From contig JAFMPO010000001.1 in assembly GCA_017654855.1 (NCBI GenBank), positions 310,001 to 374,000 on the forward strand: a stretch of DNA of 64,000 nt, read 5' to 3'. Both the position numbers and the translations under genes were made by a program. Source of the stretch: Podospora anserina. Its lineage: Eukaryota. The notes beneath the pieces are model-generated. The model was not told where the DNA came from. It searched no databases and saw only the letters and a list, made by a program, of their open reading frames with translations. Below, piece after piece: positions 32,195 to 44,425 of the stretch (within the stretch, counting starts at the first letter, position 1; every line of letters begins with the position of its first letter).

Positions 32195-34868
32195 TTACAC
32201 CATGTCCATCTTATCGCCGTCCATAACATGATCAGCGTCGACTGTGGGCTCGATTCTTTTTGATCTGCTGAGATCCCCAAGCGTCGCCGCGACCCGGTCA
32301 CAAGTAGCCGCCGATCGGTCCGTCAGCGCAAGCTCGTAGTCTACCACCACGTTCGAAGTGAGGTGCTCTGCCGCCATGGCCGAGAGTGACGGATTTTCCG
32401 ATCGCTTCACCTCGCCCATCACCGACTCTGCGTATTGTCTCGTGATCGTTTGGGTGGAAAGCGCCAGGGCCAGTAGTCCCTGTATAAAGACTTTGATAAC
32501 TTCAAACCGGCTCACGATGCGAAGAAGGCCCTTGATGCAGACCGCAAAGTAGTGTCGTCGTACATGATCGTCCTTTCGTTCCACCGAGGGTCCAGTCTGG
32601 CAAAGACTGCTTGCAAGAGACATTGTCCCGCCCAGTGGGCCCAACAGATTTCCCAGGAGATCAAATGTACTCTGGTAATTGATTACCAGCCTCTTGAGTT
32701 GGTTAACCGAGGAGTTGAACGCACAGAGGGCGGATCCTTGAGTGTCGAATGACCGGAACTTCAGCCGCTGCAATGGCACAAATATAAATGGTTGAAATAA
32801 TGCAATGACAGCTGCATGAAAGTGCATACTACACAAACGTCCATAAGTATCTCCACATCCACATTGGTCGACGGGGTTTCAACCAGAACTTACTGCATGC
32901 ACATTGTCTCTGGAGAGTTCTGATCCCCTCTGACGCAGGCAAGCGGCAGACCTGCCGCCCATGCAAGCAGTCGCCGAAAGATATTTTCAGCTTTCTCAAG
33001 GCTTGGGTTTCGATTCGACATTGGTGCTAGCGGAGAACCATCGTCTGGCTCACCAGTATAGTAGTACAACCGCACCATGTCATGAACTATTACCGCCAGC
33101 TCATTCGTGAATACGTAGCTGACATCTGAATAGCTGGGGAGAGGGAGTATCTCTAAGCTACCGTCGTCCGTCTTGTACGTACCGCGACCAGCTATGGGAA
33201 GCCCGGGATGCCCCTGAAATGCACAGGAGCGGGCATGTAAGTCAGTGAATCTATGTTCGTCAGCTTGAGAGTCTCGCCAGGCTGCCAACCCCAAATGAAG
33301 GACGTACGTTTGATTCGAAAATACACCCCACGCAGTATGTGAAGTGGCTTTGGCCCACTGGCCAGAGCTCAGAGTTATACCTGTCGGTTGAGCAATTGCC
33401 CCTGCAGAAAAAGCGTCCCCAGTCCCGAATAGCCCCATGAGCCGACTAGCTGCAAGAGAAGCGGCTTTGTATCGCGCCGAGACGTCGGCGTGGCCTAACA
33501 CCACGGCGCAAGCTTCAAGCAGAGTGGCGGTAGGGGCAGAGGTGATGGTGGTGAGATTCAGAGACTGCCAGAATAAATGATCTGCTTGTGCCAAAAATCG
33601 GACACCCAATTCTTGCAGACCCTTCTCAGGGTATAAGCTGCAGTAAGCTTGCTATGCTTTGAGTCAGCAACGTGAAATCGTACCCGGTTTTCAGCTACTT
33701 ACGCAAGTCCACGCCAACAACGCATTGACGAGCTGGGATGAGCAGTAAACATGCCCTCCGTGGGCCAAGTCGTTGAGAAAGAGATCTGCATCAAAAAGTT
33801 GAAAGGCAGGCTGGTCATTGACAAAGTATTGTGAGAGCAGGCTAGCGGCAAGATCTCCGTTAATCGCGACATCAGTCCATCGGGTGATGTCAACGCTCTG
33901 AAATCCGTTGTCAGGCTGTGGATAAGGGCGCTTATTTTCAATCGAGCATGTAATCTGTACGGCATCGATGTGGCTGAGAAGCTGACTGGGGTCGTATATC
34001 ACCTGTAGCCCAAGGCGCTCAGCATCTGGATGTATTAGAGCAGGGTATACCGAGGGGTCTGAGGGTGTTTGTTAGTTGTATTCCCGCAATGCCAGAATAT
34101 CGAATATACGTACACCTGGTCGCCAATTCGTTCGCCAGGCTGTGGTGGGCATGTGGTTGAAGCATGTATTCCTTTCCAGTGTCTGTAGAGGTTTGTCTTG
34201 AGAGTAAAGATAGCGGCAAGGGAGAATTGCCGACGGCAGATGAGCTCTTAGTGGACAAAGGCTGTGGGGTTGAGAATCTGAGGTTGGTCATGAATCAATT
34301 TACGGCACCGGGGAGAGGAGGTAAGACATGTAAACAAGTTTCAGTGGCAAACTAGATGTTTGTCAAAGGGGCAAGCCAGTCATGACGAGGAACAAAAAAA
34401 AACAATCAAAACTCACGGCTGGGAATAATGGCTGAAAGCTTCATTATCCAGTCGTTCTCCCAACGATGATTGACCGCTGCTAGGCCCCTGATCAAAGACA
34501 CTCACCGCAATATCGTCGAGAGGAATATTGTCAGAGCTCTCTGCACACTGAGACCTATACAGCAACTCCAATTCCTGAATCCGTTCTCGGAGGCGCGCGT
34601 TTTCCAGGCGCAACGCCTCTTCTGGCGAGAGTTGGTAGCGACATTCTTGGGGTCGCTGCCGCGATTGGCACTGAAAGCACGGCTCTCCGCCGTTGCACTT
34701 GATCTTTTTCGTCTTGCAATAGGCGCAAGCCTTGCGAGACAGCAGACGACGAGGCGGAAGTGCAGGAGAATCACTCGGGGGCCCGAGGGTGGAAGTTTCT
34801 TGAGAAGACCAGGACTCGGCCGATTCTTGCCTGTGGGGTGCGGGGGCAATGTCTCTGAAGCGAGACAT
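32195..34868 (-). CDS. Zn(II)2Cys6 transcription factor, NirA-like architecture (multi-exon)
   Basis: ACAYCKTKKIKCNGGEPCFQCQSRQRPQEC cluster. Manual splicing kept the frame at the 5' junctions I checked (ELATRYPSVYP); later exons show FDADLFLNDL...YCSSQLVNALL and TAWGVF. Confidence 0.87.
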
Positions 34869-35412
34869 GTTGAGGTGACGAGGTTGTGCAAAGTCCTAGC
34901 AAACGAGATGCGTTTGAAGATGGCTGTATACCCAAGGGAGCCAGTTGACTTATCAGGAGTTGAGTCCGGCGCTGCGGGTTCGATGAGATCAAAGTGGCAG
35001 TTTTATATGTGTTTGGGAGAAAACACTTAAGCTTTTATCAGGGTCCTTCGGATCGCGTGCAGGGTCTTCATCGAGAAATGGAAGCGGGGCACCGCTAGCG
35101 GATCCAAACGCCCAGACTTCCACAAACAGGTTTTGACATGTCAAAAAGGGACCAAATACCCCGCGAACGAGTCTCGTAAAGGTTAGGGTTCATGGTCAGT
35201 CACTCCTGAATCCAAAATATTGAGATCGCATCACGGCACCTACGACATCCGAGGAAGATACCTATGTTATTTGCCGTCGTAGCCGCTAGCAAATTTAAAC
35301 CAGGGTAGTTCAATCAGCAAATTAGATAAACCAGTTGCAAACTCCAATTTTGCCTCAACATTGGGCACCAAATCGAGACCTGTGGCTGGATGAGCTGAGG
35401 CATCCTTTCGAA

Positions 35413-35718
35413 ATGAGGGGTTTTGACAGTCGGAATTTCAAGGATGGCTCATCTACAGGACGTTAACCGAAACTTCAACCAGCAGACCAGCCTCCAAAAG
35501 ACAACGACCATAACTCTGTCGACGACCTGGCAAGCTTTGTCGAACAGTACCTTCGCTCAACTACCACCAGACAAGACCGCGAAATCAAACTCCTGAAGTT
35601 ACTCGAAGACATGGGTGATGAATACCTCTACCACCTCGGCGAAAATGACACCCAGGCCGAGAGATACTATAGAAAAGTTCTCCAGCTAGCCGAACGCCTT
35701 CACGCCGCTAGTTCGTAG
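35413..35718 (+). pseudogene. Possible gene remnant or unannotated exon with a TPR-like helix pair
   Basis: ATG 35413, in-frame TAA at 35464-35466, then 83 open codons including LLEDMGDEYLYHLGENDTQAERYYRKVLQLAE. Confidence 0.3.
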
Positions 35719-36659
35719 TGACCTATTGAAGGACATGACTGTTTTGGCGTCAGGGGCGAAAAGCGGCATTTTATCATGGCATGGCTGGCTATCAGGCTCT
35801 CTGCAAATATGACTCCCAAAAGGACTGGCATCAAGTCAACAGTCGCAACAGCCAGGTCAGTGTTTGAAAACGAAAACTCACGTTCTATAATCATCTAACT
35901 CGATCATCCAAGCCATGCAAGATCTATGTACAAAATACCCACGCGCGTCGCCTTCGACCATACCAGATCAAAATTCTGTACGTGTCAACCTAGTCTTTAG
36001 TAGGGAAAAATAAAGTACAGAAATAGAATTTGTCCCTAGTAGCATTTCATATGGGTGGTCCCTGGTATTTCCTTGCGCCAAAATGAAACCAGCACACTCC
36101 TTCGAGGGCCCGCAACCCAGCCAGGGAGAGGTTGCACCCAGAAGCGGCCAGAAATATAAAATAAAAAAAAAGAGGAAAGCCGAAGAAGAAAAACTCATTG
36201 CATCCAAAAGTCGGATAGATCTAAACCCCTTTCCCCTTCCGAAAGCCAAGCGAGCCCAAGACCGTTCCCTCCCTTATGCCGACCAACGCCCCTGGAAGAG
36301 AACTGACAAAACAGGCAAATCAGAAGAGAGGGAAGAGAAATAAGGGTGGTTCCAAACGAGAGCAAGAAGAGAACACAAAAGAGAAGTAATAAAAGATACA
36401 CCGGCAAACTTTTGTTCAAAAGATATAACAATACTCGCCCCGTTTCATGAAGGCGTGCGCGCGTGTGTGTGCGGCCCCGTCCTCCTGTCATTCCAGACAT
36501 GCTTGCCCCCAGGCAAGAGGCCATCATCGTGTCATGCTCCCCATTCAATGCCCTCGCTTATCCCTTGAAAGATGAGGATAGAGGCCCCAAGTCCATGTTG
36601 AGAACAGATGATTGTGGAGTCCAATCATGACACATCCTACACCACCGGAGGCGCACCAT

Positions 36660-38525
36660 TTAGTCACTGTCATCAAGGGCGATGGCAGCAATGGGCGTGG
36701 CAATCACACGACCAGTCTCAACCACGGTGCGGCGGGTGGTGAATGTCATGACTGTGGGCTTGCGAGTGATGGTGGTGGTGCGCTTAGTCGTGGTCATTAG
36801 CAGCTTGGTTGTCGTTGTGCGGAGCGTGGTCATAACCGGGCGGGGGTTGGTAATATTTGTCTTGCGAGTGGTGGTGGGATGAAGACTGATTGTAAGCCGA
36901 GTAATCGTGGGCTTGCCCGTAGTGGTAGGCTTCCATTTGTGAGTGGTGTTAGGCTTGTGAGTGGTAGGCTTGTAAGTGGTGGTAGGCTTCCAGTTGTGAG
37001 TGGTGGTATGCTTGTGAGTGGTAGGCTTCCAGTTGTGAGTGGAGGTAGGCTCCGACTTGTGAGTGGTGGTATGCTTGTGAGTGGTAGGCTTCCAGTTGTG
37101 AGTGGAGGTAGGCTCCGACTTGTGAGTGGTGGTATGCTTGTGAGTGGTAGGCTTCCAGTTGTGAGTGGAGGTAGGCTCCGACGTATCAGTCGAGGTGGGC
37201 TCCGACTTATGAGTGGTGTTAGGCTTGTGAGTGGTAGGAGGCTTGTAAGTGGTAGGAGGCTCCGGCTTGTGAGTGGTGTTAGGCTTGCGAGTGGTGTTGG
37301 GCTTGTGAGTGGTGTTGGGCTTGTGAGTGGTGTTAGGCTTGTGAGTGATGTTAGGCTTGTGAGTGATGTTAGGCTTGTGAGTGGTGTTAGGCTTGTGAGT
37401 GATGTTAGGCTTGTGAGTGGTGTTAGGCCTGTGAGTGATGTTAGGCTTGTGAGTGGTGTTAGGTTTGTGAGTGGTAGGAGGCTTGTGAGTGATGTTAGGC
37501 TTGTAAGTGGTAGGCTCCGACTTATCAGTCGAGGTGGGCTTCGACTTATCAGTCGAGGTGGGCTCCGACTTATCAGTCGAGGTGGGCTCCGACTTATCAG
37601 TCGAGCTGGGCTCCGACTTGTGAGTCGAGGTGGGCTCCGACTTATCAGTCGAGCTGGGCTCCGACTTGTGAGTCGAGCTGGGCTCCGACTTGTGAGTGGT
37701 GTTGGGCTTGTAAGTGGTAGGCTCCGACTTATCAGTCGAGCTGGGCTCCGACTTATCAGTCGAGCTGGGCTCCGACTTATCAGTCGAGCTGGGCTCCGAC
37801 TTGTGAGTGGTGTTGGGCTTGTAAGTGGTAGGCTCCGACTTATCAGTCGAGCTGGGCTCCGACTTATCAGTCGAGGTGGGCTCCGACTTATCAGCCGAGG
37901 TGGGCTCCAACTTATCAGTCGAGGTAGGCTCCGACTTATCAGTCGAGCTGGGCTCCGACTTGTGAGTGGTGTTGGGCTTTGCCGTGGTGGTGGGGGGAGC
38001 GACAATGGTGGTCTTGACGGTCGTGGCAGTGGTCCGGCAAGTGCGGTAGTAGTTGTCATCCAAGATATAACCGTAACCATCCTGCATGGACATCTGCGAG
38101 GGACCACGAGTCTCGCCGCGGTTGGTGGCATAAGACTGATCCCAATCGCGGGTGTACATCGAGCAGAACAGACCCTGGGGGACTCCGTTCTCAAACAGGG
38201 TGTAGGCAAGGAAGAATCTGCAAGTGTCGTAGGTGCCATCAGGCTTGGGGTGCTTGCGATGATAGTTGGTGACGCTCACACAGTGAGCAGCGCACAGGTG
38301 AGGGATGTGGGCCTCAGGGAAGAACTTGAAGCCTATGTAGGTGTCCTTGCCGTCCTTGTCCAGCGGAGCATTGATGGTGGCATTTCCATAGGGAATGGGA
38401 CCGATGAAGCCATCAATGGGATCAGGGAAATCAGCGTCGCGGATGACAACAACACTGCCGAGAGCACTCGAAGGCAAGGTGGCCGAAATGCCCGTGGCCA
38501 GCAGGGCTGAAACCATGCCCTTCAT
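36660..38525 (-). CDS. Secreted protein: Cys-containing N-terminal globular domain plus His/Lys/Thr/Pro tandem-repeat stalk
   Basis: Signal-like MKGMVSALLATGISATLPSSALG; domain INAP..DTYIG..CAAHC..CRFF..PQGLFCSMYT..YATN; then KSEPTSTD and KPNTTH repeats. TATTTAA at ~38710 is a possible TATA. Confidence 0.85.
   Translation of the reverse strand: MKGMVSALLATGISATLPSSALGSVVVIRDADFPDPIDGFIGPIPYGNATINAPLDKDGKDTYIGFKFFPEAHIPHLCAAHCVSVTNYHRKHPKPDGTYDTCRFFLAYTLFENGVPQGLFCSMYTRDWDQSYATNRGETRGPSQMSMQDGYGYILDDNYYRTCRTTATTVKTTIVAPPTTTAKPNTTHKSEPSSTDKSEPTSTDKLEPTSADKSEPTSTDKSEPSSTDKSEPTTYKPNTTHKSEPSSTDKSEPSSTDKSEPSSTDKSEPTTYKPNTTHKSEPSSTHKSEPSSTDKSEPTSTHKSEPSSTDKSEPTSTDKSEPTSTDKSKPTSTDKSEPTTYKPNITHKPPTTHKPNTTHKPNITHRPNTTHKPNITHKPNTTHKPNITHKPNITHKPNTTHKPNTTHKPNTTRKPNTTHKPEPPTTYKPPTTHKPNTTHKSEPTSTDTSEPTSTHNWKPTTHKHTTTHKSEPTSTHNWKPTTHKHTTTHKSEPTSTHNWKPTTHKHTTTHNWKPTTTYKPTTHKPNTTHKWKPTTTGKPTITRLTISLHPTTTRKTNITNPRPVMTTLRTTTTKLLMTTTKRTTTITRKPTVMTFTTRRTVVETGRVIATPIAAIALDDSD
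36935..37980. repeat. Coding minisatellite array of 24-bp and 18-bp units with higher-order (e.g. 63-bp) periodicity
   Basis: Plus-strand units ggctccgacttatcagtcgag(c/g)tg and ggcttgtgagtg(g/a)tgtt(a/g). Block cttccagttgtgagtggaggtaggctccgacttgtgagtggtggtatgcttgtgagtggtagg is repeated. Confidence 0.95.
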
Positions 38526-41270
38526 GTTGGACGATGCTGACGGGAGCAGGTAAGAGGGAGAATGATGAAAAGAGTGAAGCAACGCTTGAAAGTTGCAATG
38601 CGAGCAATGCAATGCGAAGGCTTTCAAGGTCGACTTCTGGGCTACCGGGCTGACTGGGCTGGATGCTGCTGGGGAAAAGATGTGGGAGTAAGGGGAGCAC
38701 AACCAGCGATATTTAAGATCATGGCGACCTGATCGTTCTTCGCAGGCCCACTCCGTATTCTGCTTCGGTGGTGTTGTCGGAATGGGGATCTGGAAGCCTG
38801 TTGGCGTGAGGAGAGCCGGGAGAGGCTTGCATCCTAAGCCACGCCCACGCAGGTAGAGGCATGGCTTTGATGGCGATACGAAGTGACCATCCACTCACTC
38901 CACCCCTACATCATTTGTGTACGATCTAAAACTTCTCAACGGTAATTCTGCCCCCTTCATGTAAGCAATCTTGGATTCGCAGAGAGCGAATGAGGTGAAC
39001 AACTCGGAACTAATCTCTACTGTGTATCATGTCATCTGCTCTCGAGATCGCTGTCTTCAAATTGCCCATCAACGTAGTCTCTTCTCCAAAGCAGCATTCC
39101 GTGATTGAGCTTTGAAGTGTCCGTATGGGCCAAGAAGGATACCGGCCAGTCACACAACAAACTTACAATGGATGCAAAAAGGAGCACCGTCCGTCCCATC
39201 GTTGCCCCGTGTTTCTTACGTCAGGGTCCAGCCATGGATGATGAAGGGGAGTCAACGTGCGAAAAGGATTCTGCATGCGAAGAGCCAGGAGCTTCGTAAC
39301 TTCAATCCCCCCCACCCCCCAAAGCTCAGATAAGCTTCTTCAACAGCGGTTCGGTTCGGTCCGGCCCCCTGCCAGTCCCGCTGTCAGTCCACTCCCTTGG
39401 CCATGGCAACCGCAGCAATAATCATCACTTCATCCCAACCTCGACTGTGGACTCGAACCAAAATTACGAGCAGCCCCCGCTTGTTATCCTTGCCCCCTTC
39501 TCCCACAACCACCGGACTCCGTGAATACTTGACCAGGGTGGACCCAATACGCAGCGTAGGCAACTCCGGTCCACACTCTGGGTGATGGAAAGGTGATCTC
39601 ACCTTGGACCAACGGGGTACCTAGGTGAGTGAGCACGCGATCGACCGGATTCTCCCCGGTGTATCCAGTTACATGAAACTAGAACACCGCACCCCAAAAC
39701 GCATTGTGGGGCTCCAGCTTCTCGTGAACATCGATGTAATGTGCCATAATTCTCTTGTTGAAGCCCGTTATCATACTCGAAGTTTACCATCGCTCATGAC
39801 AAAATCAGGCCGGAACCATGAAAAGCGTGGAATCTACCCGGGAATCACCAAACGCAACATCCAGACCCAAATCCTAACCACCTGTCCATCCCAACAAACC
39901 AAGGCAGTCTCTGGTCAAATCCCAATTGGCAATCCCAACCTGTCTTATTATATACATGTTTCTCTCAGCGTTGTTCTTTTCGATCTGGTTGGCTCTATCT
40001 CAACTGAATCCCCATCTATCTTCGAGACCCGACTACCGCCTTCAGAATCCCACACTTACCCCCGCTGCAAATCCAAAGGAAACACCGCCGGGCTCGAGAC
40101 ACAAGTTTTTGTTTGGCACCATTGAGATAAGACAGCAGGTATCTCCCATGATAAGCATCACCCAAGTGCCAAATAACCGTCCACCTGATCTGAGCACATC
40201 AACTTACCCCAGCTCAAGCGCGTTGCGGGCCATCACCTTGTCCAGCTCCCACTTTCGCTAGAAGTACCTTACCCAACCAAGACTCCCTCTTCCACACCAT
40301 ACCGTATCTGTCCCCGACCATGGTCGCCCTTTATTGTCATCCCGAATCTCTCGGTGGAGATCCAGAGTGGTACATCCGGCCATCAAAGCGTATAGATCTT
40401 TGCTCAAGGAGACAACGAAAACGGGAGTCGGAACGGGTGGGCGATGCCAAGTTGCCCGGGTTGAGACGTTAGGACGCGAAGGGAAATATTGGGTATTTGT
40501 TGATATTAAAACTACTAATGTACTGCTCGCCGCGTCTCTCTGTCTTGTGACAAACCAAAGGATGTTTGTGGACTAAAGATGAAACACAGCCATCTTTCCC
40601 CAACCTGGACAGACTGTCAGGAGGCAGACATAACAAATTCTTTGTTAAGCCGTACACCAACAGGTCTCTCTCTATTCAATATTGATCGACGCATGAAAAC
40701 AAAACTGGTATAATAGGGTATTCTTTTTTCCCCGCCTCGGGTTCGTTTCGTTCGTTTGTTTGTGTATGTTCCAATTCCCCTCCCCACCTATCCGTTCCAT
40801 CCCAGTGCCTGCCCCCCCACCATTTTTTGAGCAACCAGAGCAGCAGCTGGCGAAACCATGCAACAGTAGACTCCCAACACCACCCCACAACTTTCCACTG
40901 TCTCACAAATCAGCCCCTCGCAAGTAAATGGGCAACCAAATAAGAAAAAAGAAGCGGGGGCTGGTTGCGAGGCGGTGACAGTAGAAAAAGAAAGGCACCG
41001 ATGTATACGCAACGGAGGAAGACATTTCGGAAAACCCGTCAATTCGAAAAACAAAAAAATGATCTCCCCAACGCCCACAATTAGTGTACCCTCCTAGTTT
41101 GCATTTCGCCCTCAAGCCAAAGTGGTAGTGTTGGTGATTGTGGGCCGGCCCTCGTCTATACCACTGTGCATTCTTCGCTCTGGCAACCATTGCCTTCCTG
41201 CCCGGGTCTTGTCGCTATAAAAGGAAAAAGGTATTTTTTGGCAAATATAACCAACACAATCATCGCCACC

Positions 41271-42895
41271 TTAGTCAACCTGCTTCTCGCAACCGATTCG
41301 TCCGAGGAGTTCCTTACGGTCGCTGTGACCAGGCAAGCTGACTCCTGTTGCCGTTGTTGACCTTTTGCCGCGGGCCACCCTCCTCTCCCAGCTCTTCAGG
41401 TCGATTTCGTCTGCGCCAACTTCCTCCTCAAGCGGCTGCGCCTCCTCGTAAACATACTCATCCGGATCCTCGAGATCATCTGCTTCGTCATCACTTCGCG
41501 TGTCCTCGGCGCTGCCTCCCTTGATCACTTTGATGGCAACTCGTATGATTAGATAAAACCACATCACGGTCAGAATCTGGAGGAAAAACAGCATGCCGAA
41601 GAATCCGTTCCGGAAGTTGTGGTTGAAGCAGACTGGTGCATCGGTATCCCAGAGCGGCCTCGCAATATAAAGCCAGGTGTCGTTGGCGGGTGGCGGGTGC
41701 GGTCCGTCAAGTTCGCGCCCATAGAAGCAGCCGTTCATGTAGATCAGGGTATGAGCCCAGACGGAGTAGATGGTCATCGGAAAGAATATGTGTCGCGCGA
41801 TGAACCATGTGACCATGAAGACAGCAAACATGACATCGCAAATCGTCTTGTAACCCAGGTATTTCAGACACTTGGCGAACTAAGGGGGCTTGGTTAGCAG
41901 ACTAGAACATGATCAAGGGGTGCCGAGGCGTCACGACAACACATACGGGAAGGAAAATGTCCACCACATCCATCAGAACCAGAATGAGATTGCCCACGCG
42001 CGTGTGTCCCTCTCTGTAAGCAGCATAAATCAAGGTGCTTGTAACGATGTGGTGGGAAAACATTTGCCAGTGGTCCTTGCGGCGCTCCTCGATGTTGATA
42101 ACAATGAGTAGCTGCAGGTAGAAAGACAGCTGTGCCAGGGTGTAGGCCTTCATGAGCCCATCCATTTCACGATTCGGCCATTCTTTCCAAAGATCGTGGA
42201 GGCTCAGATAGTAGGTAGATGTCCGGTAGATGTACTGTGCCATCGTGTCAGCACGCCTCACTTCAACGACAGAAACGAAAAGTAATTTTGACACATACCA
42301 CTCCCAGGGGCCAGAAGAAAGAATAGTAGACCAGCAACCAGCCTTGTTCGCTGAATCTTACAATGTCTTTCTTCTTATGAACTCCCTTAGCCCTAGCAAA
42401 CGGAGCCAGCACGTATTCCATTATCCCAGCCCTCAAGCCCGTCAACACCACGATGAAGAAAGCGATGAGGTACCAATCGTCGCCACCGAGGAAGTATTTC
42501 CCTGTATTCTGGTTGTAATACGAGAGCGTAAAGAACTTGGATGTGTACTCGCGCGCGCGGGGCATGCTGTGGGCCAGGAAGAGGAGGGCGACGAGATTGC
42601 AGGAGAGTCCTGTGGAAGTCAGCTTGAGATCTAAAGACCTAGATACGAAGTATGGGGACTGACCAATCTGATTGGCAACAAACCACCGGGCAAGACCTTT
42701 CAGAGCCCCATCATCCTTTCGCTTGGGTCGACGAACAAGCACCTTGTTGCCGTTTCTTTGCATATATAGGGGCACGTTCAAACTGTTGGGCTTGCCGTTA
42801 CTCCGTGGTGCTGTCTGCGGCAGGCCAACAGAGGCGACTTGGGTATCGTGCTGGTCGGGGCCATCTTGAGAAATAGGGGCCGGGAGGTTGCTCAT
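41271..42895 (-). CDS. LAG1: Ceramide synthase (TLC/Lag1 domain), BarA-type
   Basis: RFSEQGW, ERRKDHWQMFSHHIVT, GNLILVLMDVVD (Lag1 motif) and AEDTRSDDE; three introns. Confidence 0.93.
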
Positions 42896-44425
42896 GGTGT
42901 ACTGAGCGACGGCCGGACCGCCAATTGACCGTCTGGGAGACGAGCTGATGGAGTAGCGCGATGTTGTTGAAGATTCGTCGCGATCGAGGCCACCGACTTT
43001 TACTTGAGCCGTGCCGGCTGGATACAAGCCGTCCGTCGGGCGTGTTGGGCACGGTAAAGCCGGTCGAACAAGAGGTGCGAGAGTGTCGTCGGTCCAGCTG
43101 TCACCACGCGGTGCTCAGAGCAGGTGCGGGACGGGGTTGAATGTTGAGAGGCAGGAAGGGACACCACCAGATTGGGAAATAAAAGAAAACGAGGACGCCG
43201 TCAATCACCAACAGCAAGACGATAGAGACGACAGCAAAAACGAACGACGAGCTGCCTCTTGAAACCAATCCAGTCCAATCCAATGGGACAATTGGCAAAA
43301 GACAACGGCAGCGGTAGCGAACGACGGGCAGGGAACAGTTCCACACTCCACCCCGTTTGGCGGTTTGACCAAAATGTTGAATTTGGGCTGGACTGAGCCC
43401 AGCCAGCCCCAAAGGCGGTGGACATGCACTGTGCGCGCTCACGGCAAGCTTTCTGCTGTGAGCTTTCTTCCAGGGGTATGGGCCCCGGCACCAAAAACTC
43501 CAAGCGCACCTTGCTGGATTGGGAAAGGCGGGGATGGCAGAAGCAGGGTGAGCACTGACCGTAGATCAGCTCTGTTCTCCTTTTTCTTGCTTTCTTCAAA
43601 CATGTTTTTTTTTGCTGGTGACAGATGCAGCACGAAAACTCCTATTCAACTGAATGTCTAGCTCAAGACAATGCTCGAGCTTTTCTATTTGAAAGATCTG
43701 TGACACCGTCTGTACACCCAAGATCGGGTCGGGGGAACAGCTGTTGCACGACAACTGATCAGAGGGGGTCCGTAGAGGGTTACACAGTTCAGGGACCTCA
43801 ACCCCACCATCTTTCGAGCGCGGGGTGGTCTGCTGCATCTCATCGTCCAATTGTTGCATGTGGCCCCTTTCCGCACTGTGGCTGGATCTTTTTGTTTATT
43901 GCTCGCCGGCCAGTGTTGGGCGCACATTCGAAAGCTCCTGTCAGGGAACTGGAAAGCTTGTCAAGCTCACACCTAGGAATAGCCCACAGCTTCGAAAGTT
44001 GCCGAATACAGATCCTTGAAAGCAGCAAACAATGGCCTGTCCAATCACTGACTATATTTTCCCCAAGTCTTTGGCCGCGCTTCCTATCAAGCAACCAACC
44101 GGTTTGCCCACCATCCCCTGAAGGCAGGAATTTCAACATCAAAAAATAGGGGTTGATGAAACCCAAATGATCAGACAGCTCAAGCTTTCGCGTGACACCT
44201 GATTTGTGGGGATTCTCATTCGCTGGCGCCCGGTGCTTAAAGTTGGCGCCAAGCTCGGCTGGACCCTAACCCGGGCTTTCTGTTTTCTTTGGTGCTTGGC
44301 ACGGGCCAGCAAGGTTGTTGCAGCCTCGCCTTATTTCCAGCCAATGTTTTCCCAATCAAATGCTCAGCCTTCTCTTCCAGCACGACCACTGCCCTCAAAC
44401 CACATCCAACCACGCCTCCCAAAAA

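Noticed and set aside
35181..35190. GGTTAGGGTT telomere-like or telomerase-template-like motif (similar at ~53835)
   Set aside because: Fewer than two repeat units and no supporting RNA structure identified.
36083..36343. 86-aa Lys-rich ORF on +
   Set aside because: It is antisense to the pyrimidine-rich probable 3' UTR of the repeat gene, is low complexity and has no domain.
36935..37980. CRISPR-like array, or a RiPP multi-core precursor for the ATP-grasp enzyme
   Set aside because: Units are contiguous with no unique spacers, no cas genes are present and the context is eukaryotic. There are no KR Kex2 sites between units, no DUF3328 gene nearby, and the ATP-grasp gene is 28 kb away.
36830..38510. 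Long alternative-frame ORFs over the repeat gene (543 aa on +, 469 aa on -)
   Set aside because: They are by-products of stop-free repeat units with lengths divisible by three. Only the 36660-38525 frame has a signal peptide and a globular domain.
39448..39462. TGGTTCGAGTCCA on the minus strand resembling a tRNA T-arm
   Set aside because: The stem pairs for only 3 bp and no D-arm, anticodon arm or acceptor stem can be folded.
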